Source: Minisyncoccota bacterium
Lineage (GTDB): Bacteria > Patescibacteriota > Minisyncoccia > Phycocordibacterales > GCA-2401445
Reading direction: 5' to 3'
Assembly (NCBI GenBank): GCA_040879725.1
Contig: JBBDJV010000018.1
Span: forward strand, 16,748-80,747
Length of the DNA: 64,000 nucleotides
In this document: one piece after another, positions 30,076-39,522 of the stretch
Layout: each line of letters starts with the position of its first letter
How positions within the stretch are numbered: the first letter of the stretch is position 1
Position numbers and translations under genes: made by a program
Notes under the pieces: generated by a model
Seen by the model: only the letters and a program-made list of their open reading frames with translations
What the model was told of the DNA's origin: nothing
Database searches by the model: none

Positions 30076-31833
30076 CTATTCAGAACCCTCACCGTTATTT
30101 TGTATCGCCCACAACCGAGCGTACACTCCATTCTTTTGCAGTAACTCACCATGACTACCACGCTCAACAATACTTCCTCGCTCAAGAACAATAATCTCAT
30201 CAAAGTCCACGATTGTTGAAAGACGGTGCGCAATAACTACCGTTGTTCTTCCTTCTTTTGATAATTCACTGATCGCAGTCTGAATTACTTTTTCTGCTTT
30301 ACTATCAAGAGACGCTGTCGCTTCATCGAAAAGCAGTATGCGAGGATTTTTAAGAAGCATTCGTGCTATCGCAACGCGCTGTTTTTCACCACCGGACAAT
30401 TTCACTCCCCGCTCTCCCACAACAGTCTCATACCCTTGCGGTAGGTCATTCACAATAAACTCATGGATATGGGCGACTTTAGCTACTTGCTCAATTTCTT
30501 CTTTTGTCGCATTCGGTTTTCCGTAGCGAATATTTTCAAAAATAGTATCGTTAAATAAAGCAGTGTCCTGCGCCACGACTCCAATAACCCCTCTCAATGA
30601 TTCTTGAGTGACGTCTCGAATATCAATACCATCTATTTTTATAGAACCGCTTCGCACGTCATACAGACGAAGTAACAATTTACTAATTGTAGATTTTCCC
30701 GAGCCGGAGTAACCGACAAGCGCTACTCGTTTCTTTTCAGGGACTGAAAACGAAATATGCGAGAGCACTTCTCTCTCATTACTATACGCAAAACTTACAT
30801 CATCAAAACGAATCTCACCCTTTATATCTGTTAAGACTTTTGCGTCATCCTTATCCTTAATCGTATTTGGTACATCGAGCAATTTAAACATCTCATCCAT
30901 GTCAGCGATTGATTCTTTCAAGCGACGGTAGATAAACCCAAGGAAGGACAACGGAATGGAAATTTGCCCAAGATATGTCGTAACTAAAATCATATCTCCG
31001 ATAGTCATGCCACCTTGCAGATACTCACGCACAGCCAAAGAAAGTAGTGCGGTTAACCCAATAGCGATAATAATACCTTGCCCGCGATATATATACGCCT
31101 CCATTTTCGAAGAAGCAATGTCGCTTGTCACCCACCTCGAAAGAAAACTTCCGTATCTCTCGTGCTCATAATTCTCATTGGTAAAATATTTTACCGTTTC
31201 GTAATTTAAAAGCGCGTCGATTGACTTTCCGCTCGCTTCATCATCATACTTATTTGCAGTAAGGAGTATTTCCTGCCTTTTCTCTACCGCCCACATCGTA
31301 TACGCAACGAAAGATATGACGAATCCGAGCAGAACTGCTGTAAATGTCCAAGGAAACAAAGAAATAAACACAACAGTGATAAAGATAAGCTGGATAAGTG
31401 TTGGGACTATATTACCAGTAACAAAAAAGAGCATGGTCTCGAGACCATTTGCACCACGAGTTACCTTGCGTGATATACCACCAGTTGAACGGTCAGTGTG
31501 GAAAGAAACAGGAAGATTAATTAAATATTTAAAAATATCTAATGCAACCAAACGCTTAATATTTGTCTCAGCTGGAGCAAATATCCACGTTCGGATACCT
31601 TCCATAAACTCAGCTCCACTCTGCAAAAGAAAATACAATGCGATAAGAACAATAAGTGTTGGGATGAGTGCCTCTTTATTTTCTACAAGCGCATCAATTA
31701 TCAGCTTAAGAATATAGGGATCCGCGACAGCAATAGCTTTACCTAGTATCAAAATCAGCACGGAAAACAGTATCCGCCACTTATATACCATGACATATGG
31801 CATCAAACGCTTTACGAGACTCTTCTTATTCAT
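30076..31833 (-). CDS. ABC exporter, fused permease-ATPase (MsbA/multidrug type)
   Basis: 6-TM domain followed by Walker A GYSGSGKST, signature LSGGEKQRVAIARM and Walker B ILLFDEATASLD. Confidence 0.9.
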   Translation of the reverse strand: MNKKSLVKRLMPYVMVYKWRILFSVLILILGKAIAVADPYILKLIIDALVENKEALIPTLIVLIALYFLLQSGAEFMEGIRTWIFAPAETNIKRLVALDIFKYLINLPVSFHTDRSTGGISRKVTRGANGLETMLFFVTGNIVPTLIQLIFITVVFISLFPWTFTAVLLGFVISFVAYTMWAVEKRQEILLTANKYDDEASGKSIDALLNYETVKYFTNENYEHERYGSFLSRWVTSDIASSKMEAYIYRGQGIIIAIGLTALLSLAVREYLQGGMTIGDMILVTTYLGQISIPLSFLGFIYRRLKESIADMDEMFKLLDVPNTIKDKDDAKVLTDIKGEIRFDDVSFAYSNEREVLSHISFSVPEKKRVALVGYSGSGKSTISKLLLRLYDVRSGSIKIDGIDIRDVTQESLRGVIGVVAQDTALFNDTIFENIRYGKPNATKEEIEQVAKVAHIHEFIVNDLPQGYETVVGERGVKLSGGEKQRVAIARMLLKNPRILLFDEATASLDSKAEKVIQTAISELSKEGRTTVVIAHRLSTIVDFDEIIVLERGSIVERGSHGELLQKNGVYARLWAIQNNGEGSE

Positions 31834-31965
31834 GCGAACTATTCTAGCACACCTTAATCCAAACATTTTAGAAACGGGCTAAGCTACTAGCGAAAAGGGG
31901 CACGGATATTTCGCACTTCATCACCTCTTTGCATTTATCTAACTTCATGCTATTATGCAAACCAC

Positions 31966-32310
31966 TTGCATATTATGAGAACAAACGTATACAGACAACA
32001 TATTTTGCAATTGCTCGGAGAAAACCATCTCATGAGCATGACAGAAATACAAAACGCTATTCCCAAAGCGGACTTTTCTACTATTTTCCGGAACATAGAA
32101 ACTATGGTTAAAAATGGTGAGATTAAAAAAATCTTTATTAACCACAAAGAAACGCGCTATGAATTAGCAGACCACGCACACAATCATTTTATTTGTAACG
32201 ATTGTGGTGATATTGAGTCACTTCACATTACCCTCTCCAAAACTGAATTACGCGCAAAAAATGTTTCTGACATTACCGTCCGAGGCACCTGTAATAACTG
32301 CACTAATTAA
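31966..32310 (+). CDS. fur: Fur family transcriptional regulator
   Basis: Winged-helix N-terminus (LMSMTEIQNAIPK...STIFRNIETMVKNGEI) and metal-site residues HAHNHFICNDCGD. Confidence 0.8.
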   Translation: MHIMRTNVYRQHILQLLGENHLMSMTEIQNAIPKADFSTIFRNIETMVKNGEIKKIFINHKETRYELADHAHNHFICNDCGDIESLHITLSKTELRAKNVSDITVRGTCNNCTN

Positions 32311-32313
32311 AGT

Positions 32314-33134
32314 ATGATTATTGGATTTTTAGGAAAAGGCGGAAGTGGAAAATCAACAGCAAGCTCGCTGTTTGCTCAAATGTTGCACTCACAAAAGCAA
32401 ACGGTTCTAGCTATTGACGCTGACTACAACATGGACATGACCTATAATCTTTTAGGTACAACTTCTCACCCAAGCCTTTTTGTGATTCTCTAAATCACCT
32501 CAAAAAAATTAATAACCTTTCGCCAGATACAGATTATCGAGAATTTTTTAATGACAAAAATCATCCGTGCTTTTCACTCTCACCAGTAGACCCGTACACA
32601 AAAAAATACTCAACAGAAACTTCATCAGGTATACGCGTTATGACTGCCGGTTCGCATACTGAGGACATACTTCATGACAAGATATGCAGTCACTCCCTTT
32701 CGACAACACTTAAGGTGTACTTGCCATTTTTAAAACTCAATAAAAATGAGTGGGTGGTTGTTGATGAAAAAGCCGGTGCTGACGCGGTAACAACGGGAAT
32801 ACCTAGTGGTTTTGATTATGCAGTTATTGTGGTTGAACCACGACCGCAAAGTATTGCGGTAGCAAAAAATATTGCGAAGTTACTTTCGTTTTACGAAACG
32901 CCAGTGCGCTACCTAGGAAATAAAATTAACACCCCTCAAGAAAAAAACGAAATAGAAAATGAAATAAACGCCAAACTTTCTGCATGCATTCCTTTTCACT
33001 CAGAGTTCCACCCGGAGTTACTAAATGACTTATCTTCACTTCTCGACACATTTACTCAAGAACCTTCTCCTTTAACAAGAAAAGAAAGAAGCTTATTGAA
33101 AGTAAAAAGAAATAAAGAATATTCAAATTATTAG
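32314..33134 (+). pseudogene. CooC/MinD-family P-loop ATPase interrupted by a frameshift in a T5 run
   Basis: MIIGFLGKGGSGKST...AIDAD stops at 32491 (TAA). The next frame continues ...GIRVMTAGSHTEDIL...VVVDEKAGADAV...VIVVEPRPQSIAVA...YLGNKI, colinear with CooC. Adding one T to ccttttt (~32476-32480) restores a ~273-aa ORF. Confidence 0.6.
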
Positions 33135-33238
33135 CACTTGTTTTTTAGACTGAAATTATTCAATCTAAAAAACAGTTGCAAATAAAACAACATTTCTGCT
33201 TTTGCAACTGGGAGCAGAGTTCCTTACACAAACACATT

Positions 33239-33889
33239 ATGTCATACGGTACCAAACACGAAACATACAAACCTGTAGAAGCGCACATGCTTCACACCCT
33301 CCACAAATCATACTGGCAAAATCTTGAACCAGATGAAATCCGTGCCATCTTTGATGTCATGACGGAAGGTCTTCATACCGAAACCCTTCTTTTCACTTTC
33401 ATCATTGACGCTCTGGCTCGTTTTGAATCAGGCGCAAAAGACCACGCATCGTATGGTTTTGGTGCAGGAATTCGCCTTTCAGCAGTATGTAAGAACGGAA
33501 AAGGGAAATTTCAAACCACGGAGTTGAAACTACTTCATGATGTCATTGTTGAAATGCAAATGGCAGGACGCAACTTTTTCGAACTGCAAAAGTTACTCCG
33601 AACACGATACGGCGCCACCTTTGTGCACTACCACTCATGTGGAAGTGCCATCATTTCACTTGAGCAAGTGAAAGAATTCTATGAAGTGTCTTCCTCCGAT
33701 CAGCTACTACGTACCAAGCTGGACTGGAGTGGCGCACACAATATTGTGTCATGGCAGAAACTGCTTCAGTTTGCTACCTACACCGAAGAGGAAATGGAGA
33801 TCGTGCAATCTGTATTTGCAAATGCGAAACAATGTATCGGACGACATCAGTCTCGACTAATCCAGCCGCCCACGCTTACGTACGCGTAA
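33239..33889 (+). CDS. Hypothetical protein
   Basis: ORF with terminator downstream; no recognised domain. Confidence 0.4.
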   Translation: MSYGTKHETYKPVEAHMLHTLHKSYWQNLEPDEIRAIFDVMTEGLHTETLLFTFIIDALARFESGAKDHASYGFGAGIRLSAVCKNGKGKFQTTELKLLHDVIVEMQMAGRNFFELQKLLRTRYGATFVHYHSCGSAIISLEQVKEFYEVSSSDQLLRTKLDWSGAHNIVSWQKLLQFATYTEEEMEIVQSVFANAKQCIGRHQSRLIQPPTLTYA

Positions 33890-33906
33890 GCAGGACATGG
33901 TTCATG

Positions 33907-33934
33907 CACCCCCAATTCTTTGGGGGTGTTTTTT
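33907..33934 (+). terminator. Intrinsic terminator
   Basis: CACCCCCAAttctTTGGGGGTG followed by TTTTTT. Confidence 0.7.
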
Positions 33935-35630
33935 AACCCAAAAATAATCTCGCAATGCGCAGTTCTTCAAACGTGTATTCCCCTTTCAGCATTTTGTGTA
34001 CGGGAGTGAGTTTTCCATCCTTGGATTCTGAAAATGCTTTTTTTATTTTTTTCATATCGGATGCTTTTGGTTTAATACGCTTGATGTCAATTTCATGTCC
34101 TTCTTCTTTCATCTTTTCAATGTGAGTAACAATCGTTCCCATAGTCACACCACGCAATTTCGCAATATCTGCAAGTGGTAACCCCTGTTCGTACAAAGCT
34201 TTTGTCTGAAGATGTGTAGGTATTTTTTGCGGAGCTTCTTCCACAACCTTGTTTTTATTTTTCTGAATTTCCTTCTCATCCACCGTACCGCCCGAACGTT
34301 GTATAAACTCTCGATGCATTGCTTCCATTTCGTCACTCTCAAACCTTTCAATAACCTTTCTCCACTTTACCGACTCTCGCTTGAGCCAAGCGTCCACCGT
34401 TATCACTTCTTGGTTTACCTGAAGCGCCATTGTATTTATACCGGTTAATACCAACCCTTCCATAGAACGAACCCGTGACAGTGCGACATACCCTTGTCCC
34501 GGAATAAATGCCTTTGATAAATCTATCTCCGCGGCATCGAGTGTCATTCCTTGGCTTTTGTGGACAGTGATAGCCCATGCGAGTCTGAGGGGTAGTTGCG
34601 CGACCTGTGCGAGAATTTTCCCATCTTCTTCAATATTCCATGTTTCTGGATACACGGTAATTTTTTTCCCTGAAAGTGTCCGTACTATCGGCTGTCCCTC
34701 CATATTGAAATCTTCCACTATCCCAAGAGTTCCGTTCACATACCCTGCTTCAAAATTATTCTTCACAAACATAACCTGTGCATCTTTTTTCAAGAGTAGT
34801 TCCTCAGGAGCAAGTATTCCTTTTTGCAAAGCGGTTACCAGTGCCGCCTTCCCTTTTGTCTGTGCATGAAATACTTTTCCATTCCCCGGTAACTTTTCAA
34901 TCTCTTTTTCATTCAACGCATCTACGTCTATATTGTGCGTATATAGTCGAGTAGGTGTAATATCATCGGTAAATGTTTTTTTATGTTCTTGAAGAACAAC
35001 GTACGTTTCTTCTTCAATTTCCCCTTTACGCATTTCACTCAAAATCTGCCCGAGCATATCATCGCGTTCCTGACGAAACTGTTCTTCCAAATAACACACA
35101 CGCACATCCATTTTCCGCCACGCTTCCGAGTGGAAAATAAATTCCACCCGGCTCGTACCGCGAGTAATAGGAGGAAGCTGGAAAAAATCTCCTGACAACA
35201 CAACCTGCATTCCCCCGAACGGAGCTTCAGTACCACGCATTTCCCGAGCAAGCCAATCGAGAGAATTGAAAAACCGTGGAGTTATCATAGACACTTCATC
35301 TATGATCAATACCGGTGTTTCCTTAAAACGTTTTACCAGCTTTTCTTTCTGCGTTAACGCATCAATATCATACTCAGTAAGTTCTTCTTTAATCCCGATA
35401 CCTGACCATGAGTGTATAGTCATGCCTCCGATATGCGTGGCAGCAATTCCTGTTGACGCGGTAAGCCCTACTGAAACCCCTCTGTCTTTCAGGTAGTCTA
35501 TGTAGCTCTTTAAAGTATGCGTTTTACCACTTCCGGCGGGTCCGGTAAGATACACGTTCCTTCCCGCTTTTAGTATTGTAAGTGCATCATCTTGGTTCAT
35601 GTAATCGCATTTTACCACAGAAGTACCCAC
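33933..35630 (-). CDS. Pif1/RecD-like superfamily-1 DNA helicase with C-terminal HTH domain
   Basis: Walker A LTGPAGSGKTH, Walker B IIDEVSM, helicase motifs, and a C-terminal ~100-aa helix-turn-helix tail (LADIAKLRGVTMGTIVTHIEK). Confidence 0.85.
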   Translation of the reverse strand: MGTSVVKCDYMNQDDALTILKAGRNVYLTGPAGSGKTHTLKSYIDYLKDRGVSVGLTASTGIAATHIGGMTIHSWSGIGIKEELTEYDIDALTQKEKLVKRFKETPVLIIDEVSMITPRFFNSLDWLAREMRGTEAPFGGMQVVLSGDFFQLPPITRGTSRVEFIFHSEAWRKMDVRVCYLEEQFRQERDDMLGQILSEMRKGEIEEETYVVLQEHKKTFTDDITPTRLYTHNIDVDALNEKEIEKLPGNGKVFHAQTKGKAALVTALQKGILAPEELLLKKDAQVMFVKNNFEAGYVNGTLGIVEDFNMEGQPIVRTLSGKKITVYPETWNIEEDGKILAQVAQLPLRLAWAITVHKSQGMTLDAAEIDLSKAFIPGQGYVALSRVRSMEGLVLTGINTMALQVNQEVITVDAWLKRESVKWRKVIERFESDEMEAMHREFIQRSGGTVDEKEIQKNKNKVVEEAPQKIPTHLQTKALYEQGLPLADIAKLRGVTMGTIVTHIEKMKEEGHEIDIKRIKPKASDMKKIKKAFSESKDGKLTPVHKMLKGEYTFEELRIARLFLG

Positions 35631-35704
35631 CTCTGCTCGGTTTTAGTTTTGCCAAATAAAAAGCCACTTTCGTGGCTTTTTATTACCTGTGTATTCTGTT
35701 GTTT

Positions 35705-36379
35705 CTACTGCGCCGTTCTAAAAGTCCTTGGAGATGTCCACATTATGTTACCTGCGGAATCAATTGATTCTCGAACATAGTAATATGTCGTGTTCGGAAG
35801 CAATCCTTGCATAGCAACGGTGTGGTTTGTCTGATACAAAAATCCATTCCCCGCAGTTTGTGCAGAACTGTAGAGAAATGGATACGTAAGTCCATACATT
35901 ACGGTAGACCGGGAAGACTCACTGGTACCCCATGTAATTGTTGCTGAATTAGTTGTTGTACCAACTGATTCAACTGATTGAACTGGAGCATGAACGTCGT
36001 GTGTTACCCCACCAGTTTGCGAAACATTCGCCTCTCCATTAAGTCCTGAAAGCGTTTGAGGTCCGACTCTTCCATAGCCATTTGTCGTTGGGCTTCCGCT
36101 ACAGACAATGTTCATTGAGCACTGAAATCTTTCAACTGCTCGAGTGGTAAGTGAACCGTAATATCCCGTTACTAAACCTTCTGGATATAGCGACGGTTGA
36201 CTTGCAAGAAAATCTTGCAACCTGCGAACGTCATTTCCACTATCACCGCGATCCATAGATTCAGAAAACGCGACTGATTGAGCTTGTGTTGTGAGTGGCT
36301 GTAACACAAAAAGGAGAGCAACCAATGAGAGAACTAGCACCGCACCATACACAGGTATATGTGTTTGAGTACGTGTCAT
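35705..36379 (-). CDS. Secreted peptidoglycan-binding (PG_binding_1) protein with FN3-like C-terminal domain
   Basis: Signal peptide; DVRRLQDFLASQ...GYYGSLTTRAVERFQ; terminator hairpin after the stop. Confidence 0.6.
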   Translation of the reverse strand: MTRTQTHIPVYGAVLVLSLVALLFVLQPLTTQAQSVAFSESMDRGDSGNDVRRLQDFLASQPSLYPEGLVTGYYGSLTTRAVERFQCSMNIVCSGSPTTNGYGRVGPQTLSGLNGEANVSQTGGVTHDVHAPVQSVESVGTTTNSATITWGTSESSRSTVMYGLTYPFLYSSAQTAGNGFLYQTNHTVAMQGLLPNTTYYYVRESIDSAGNIMWTSPRTFRTAQ

Positions 36380-36451
36380 ATATTTTTTTGTTAACTAATA
36401 ATCAAACCTACTATTCCAGACGCGTGAGCTCCGCAAATATTACAGACAAAA

Positions 36452-36485
36452 TAAAAAAGCGGTAGTAATACCGCTTTTTTATTTT
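36452..36485. terminator. Bidirectional intrinsic terminator
   Basis: aaaaaAGCGGTAgtaaTACCGCTtttttatttt. Confidence 0.7.
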
Positions 36486-36503
36486 GTCTGTTCTGTGTCA
36501 AAT

Positions 36504-37283
36504 CTATAAATCTGTTTCTGCTTCTGATTCTGTCCGAGCTTCCATGTTTGCTTTAACCTGGGCTTGGATTGCTGTTTCGATTGACTCAAGAACCTTTGCA
36601 TATACGGAAGCATCTACTTGCGCATTCGTATTAAGTGCTGTATCAATTTTTTGTTTTAAAAGAACTTCTGACTCATCAGTAGATGCTTCTGACTTAGCGA
36701 GAAACTTCCACCATGGTCGCTTGATACGTACTTCTGACTCAACATCAGTGCCTGTTCTGTTTTCAAACATCACTTCTGCTCTACTCTTGTGTGATACCGG
36801 TATAAAACCAAATAGTTTTGATCTTTCACGGAATGTTACCACAACCTCATCTTCTTCAGCGTCAACTTCCTCTACTACTTCGTTTGAATTTACTACAAAC
36901 TGAGCGTATGCCTGGAAGTCTGCCTGTGAACGAACAGATGTACTGTTTCGTACCTCCGCGCGATTTTCCATTTCAACTCTTGTCTTATCTGAGACATTAA
37001 AACGAATCATTGAGTTTCCTCTTGTCTCTGCTTCCGTCTCAGACCGAGACTCAACTCCTGTGTTTACGTCCGCATCAATCGTTGCATCTAGACCAACCCC
37101 GTCGTTTGTTGCTGTTGCACGCGTATTGGAATTTGCATTTGTTGAAGCGCGCGTTGCAGTGCTAAGTGATGCGTCAATCGCACCATCTGCCTCTGAGACT
37201 GCATTTACCCCAATCTGCGCTGAAGCAATATTCGCGGTAAATATAAACGCACATACACCCATTATTACTGTTACTTTTTTCAT
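36504..37283 (-). CDS. Secreted protein with C-terminal GFIP...PWW domain, downstream of ECF sigma/anti-sigma pair
   Basis: Signal peptide MKKVTVIMGVCAFIFTANIASA; the C-terminus (RSKLFGFIPVSHKS...RIKRPWWKFLAKSE) is paralogous to 22538-23458. Confidence 0.55.
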   Translation of the reverse strand: MKKVTVIMGVCAFIFTANIASAQIGVNAVSEADGAIDASLSTATRASTNANSNTRATATNDGVGLDATIDADVNTGVESRSETEAETRGNSMIRFNVSDKTRVEMENRAEVRNSTSVRSQADFQAYAQFVVNSNEVVEEVDAEEDEVVVTFRERSKLFGFIPVSHKSRAEVMFENRTGTDVESEVRIKRPWWKFLAKSEASTDESEVLLKQKIDTALNTNAQVDASVYAKVLESIETAIQAQVKANMEARTESEAETDL

Positions 37284-37354
37284 GTTACTTTTAATTCAAC
37301 TACTTAATAAAACCCTTTTCGGGTATTCTCCATGACGTGTTAAGTAAAAAAATA

Positions 37355-38329
37355 TTACAAGCTCAATTCTTCCAAAGGAATATCAGTTACAGGGGACTTG
37401 GACTCATCCGACTGAACATCAACCGGGACTTCAATAATCGCTTCCCCGCCACCTTCTTGCTCTTTAGGTTCACTAGGTTCATCTTCTTTTTTGTTTGGCA
37501 TCTCAACCTCAATTTCTACACTGTTTTCATTACCATCCTCCTTTTCGGCTACATCTCTACTTTCGCTGTTTTTCGGTTTTTCATCTTTATTTACATCCCC
37601 CTCTTCTCTGAGTACATTGTCTTCTTTTTCACCTTCTTCGTCATTGTGAAGACGAGGAAGCGTTATTGAAATTTCTTTTTCATACAATACAGCTAGCTCC
37701 GGAACCTTCATTACCACTTCGTGGTATCCCTCAATCGCATCTTGTGTTTTTTTATTCCGCACTCGAATCCCTGAAGAAGTTTCCACGAACACCTTTTCTT
37801 TTTTATCAGTTTCAGTGTATTCAGGATCACTTTCCACATGTTCATAATCAGATCCCTCTAAGTTTTGCTCGATGCGCTCTATGTGGGAAACAAACAAATC
37901 AAAATTATGCTGAACGTTCTTCTCCTCGGCAACCTTTCTCTCAACCAATATTTTTAGCTCCTCTAACCTTCGCTCCACCAATTCAAGCTCATAAGCTATT
38001 TTTGCTTGCTTTGAAACCTTTGTTAGCCTGAGAGCTGGCTCGGTAAAATTAGTTTTTACTCCATAGAGCATATCCCCCGGTAAACTCGCCTGAGCGGCGT
38101 ACGTTGTCGCTCCCGTTATAAAGAAAAGTATCAATAGAGAAACAGCAAACACTTTCCTATAAGAAAATACGCTATGCACGTACGGACTTTGTATTGCGGG
38201 CGAACCTGCAGGATGTTTATCAGCATAGGCAAAAAGCTTACCCCGTATTCTTTCTCGGGCAGATGAAGAAAGGGTGACTTTTTTATAATCCTTCCCTTCA
38301 GTATTAAATTGTTCGCTGTGTTTATTCAT
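37355..38329 (-). CDS. Membrane protein, probable anti-sigma factor partner
   Basis: Overlaps the sigma factor stop by 8 nt. One TM (VFAVSLLILFFITGATTYAAQA); the periplasmic part is a coiled coil with an acidic tail. Confidence 0.45.
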   Translation of the reverse strand: MNKHSEQFNTEGKDYKKVTLSSSARERIRGKLFAYADKHPAGSPAIQSPYVHSVFSYRKVFAVSLLILFFITGATTYAAQASLPGDMLYGVKTNFTEPALRLTKVSKQAKIAYELELVERRLEELKILVERKVAEEKNVQHNFDLFVSHIERIEQNLEGSDYEHVESDPEYTETDKKEKVFVETSSGIRVRNKKTQDAIEGYHEVVMKVPELAVLYEKEISITLPRLHNDEEGEKEDNVLREEGDVNKDEKPKNSESRDVAEKEDGNENSVEIEVEMPNKKEDEPSEPKEQEGGGEAIIEVPVDVQSDESKSPVTDIPLEELSL

Positions 38330-38822
38330 GATGGTATATTTTTCTTAATTCTCGTATACCCCTGTGACACCTCACAGCCACATTCGCCGCACTTATATTT
38401 AACAGTTTTGCAATCTCTTTCATAGAATACTCTTCAACTATTCTTAAGTATACCACTTCCTGATACTTATCTTGAAGTTTCTTAACGCATTTAAGTACTT
38501 CATTCTTTTCACTCGTGGCATATATTTCTGAATGTTCATTTCCTGAGGGCATAAATCCTTCTTCCTCTAGATAGTCAAGAGATATTGATTTTTTCTTACA
38601 GTAAAAATCGATGATAAGATTTCGAGCAATCTGAAACAAAAAGCTCTTTGTCTTATCAACCTTTTTTCCAGATGCCGTATAGTCCCAGTATTTTATGAAA
38701 ACCGTTTGTACTAAATCTTCCGCCTGTTCGATACTACCCGTCTTGAAATAGCACAATCGATATATTGTGTCAGCATGTTCAGTATATGCTTCTTCCAAAT
38801 ATTTTTTATAATCTTCTACCAT
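38322..38822 (-). CDS. ECF-type RNA polymerase sigma factor (sigma-70 regions 2 and 4)
   Basis: Region 2 (IYRLCYFKTGSIEQAEDLVQTVFIKYW) and region 4 HTH (YSMKEIAKLLNISAANVAVRCHRGIRELRK). Confidence 0.85.
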   Translation of the reverse strand: MVEDYKKYLEEAYTEHADTIYRLCYFKTGSIEQAEDLVQTVFIKYWDYTASGKKVDKTKSFLFQIARNLIIDFYCKKKSISLDYLEEEGFMPSGNEHSEIYATSEKNEVLKCVKKLQDKYQEVVYLRIVEEYSMKEIAKLLNISAANVAVRCHRGIRELRKIYHHE

Positions 38823-38936
38823 TTATGACGTTTATATAATAAATATATAACAAAAACTCCTTATTTCATACTATTTCCCCATCTCGAAAATAAGCTTTTC
38901 GAGCACAGAACGGTCAATATCATCAAGAGTTTTAAC

Positions 38937-39272
38937 TTAAAGACAGCCGACACCCAGTTTGTGTTTTCCGAGCTTCTTTAGCAAAGGGTTTTTCGCTAAC
39001 CCATACGCAAGCAAATACAAGGTCAGAGCATTTTTGCGTGAAGAAAACCCAATTTTAAACCACTCTCCAACAGCTCCATTTGAACGTGTATATATAGTAT
39101 CACCAAAACCCACAATGTCATTTCCCCACATTACTGGCTTTACCCCAACCGCTTCTTTCATTACCTTCATTACCCACCTACACTCTTCCCTTCGCTTAGG
39201 ACTCTCAATCCCCGAAAGGTATTCGGAGACAGAGTTTGTGTTTTTCTTGGTTTTAATTACGACCTTTTTCAT
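38937..39272 (-). CDS. DUF1801/YdhG-like protein
   Basis: VSEYLSGIESPKRREE...VKPVMWGNDIVGFG resembles the YdhG family; weak. Confidence 0.35.
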   Translation of the reverse strand: MKKVVIKTKKNTNSVSEYLSGIESPKRREECRWVMKVMKEAVGVKPVMWGNDIVGFGDTIYTRSNGAVGEWFKIGFSSRKNALTLYLLAYGLAKNPLLKKLGKHKLGVGCL

Positions 39273-39321
39273 GTATTTATTATAACAAAACCCAAATCAG
39301 TATGATTTGGGTTTTGTTACT

Positions 39322-39522
39322 TTATTTAGCGGTGTGGTACAAACAACGAATACAGGTTTCCTGTCCTTCTCGTGTTTTTAAATACTTATCTCCACACGGA
39401 CACTCAAGGATTTCTGATTTTGTTTTCTTGAAAACATACTTTCCGTAATTTGATGCGTTCCGTGATGCGGAAGACTTTACGTTCGCTTTTGTGGTTGTTT
39501 TTTTAGTAGTCATATTATTCAA
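39322..39522 (-). CDS. Small basic zinc-ribbon protein
   Basis: CPCG...CIRC pair of CxxC with a Lys-rich N-terminus; overlaps the stop of the DEAD-box gene. Confidence 0.35.
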   Translation of the reverse strand: MNNMTTKKTTTKANVKSSASRNASNYGKYVFKKTKSEILECPCGDKYLKTREGQETCIRCLYHTAK

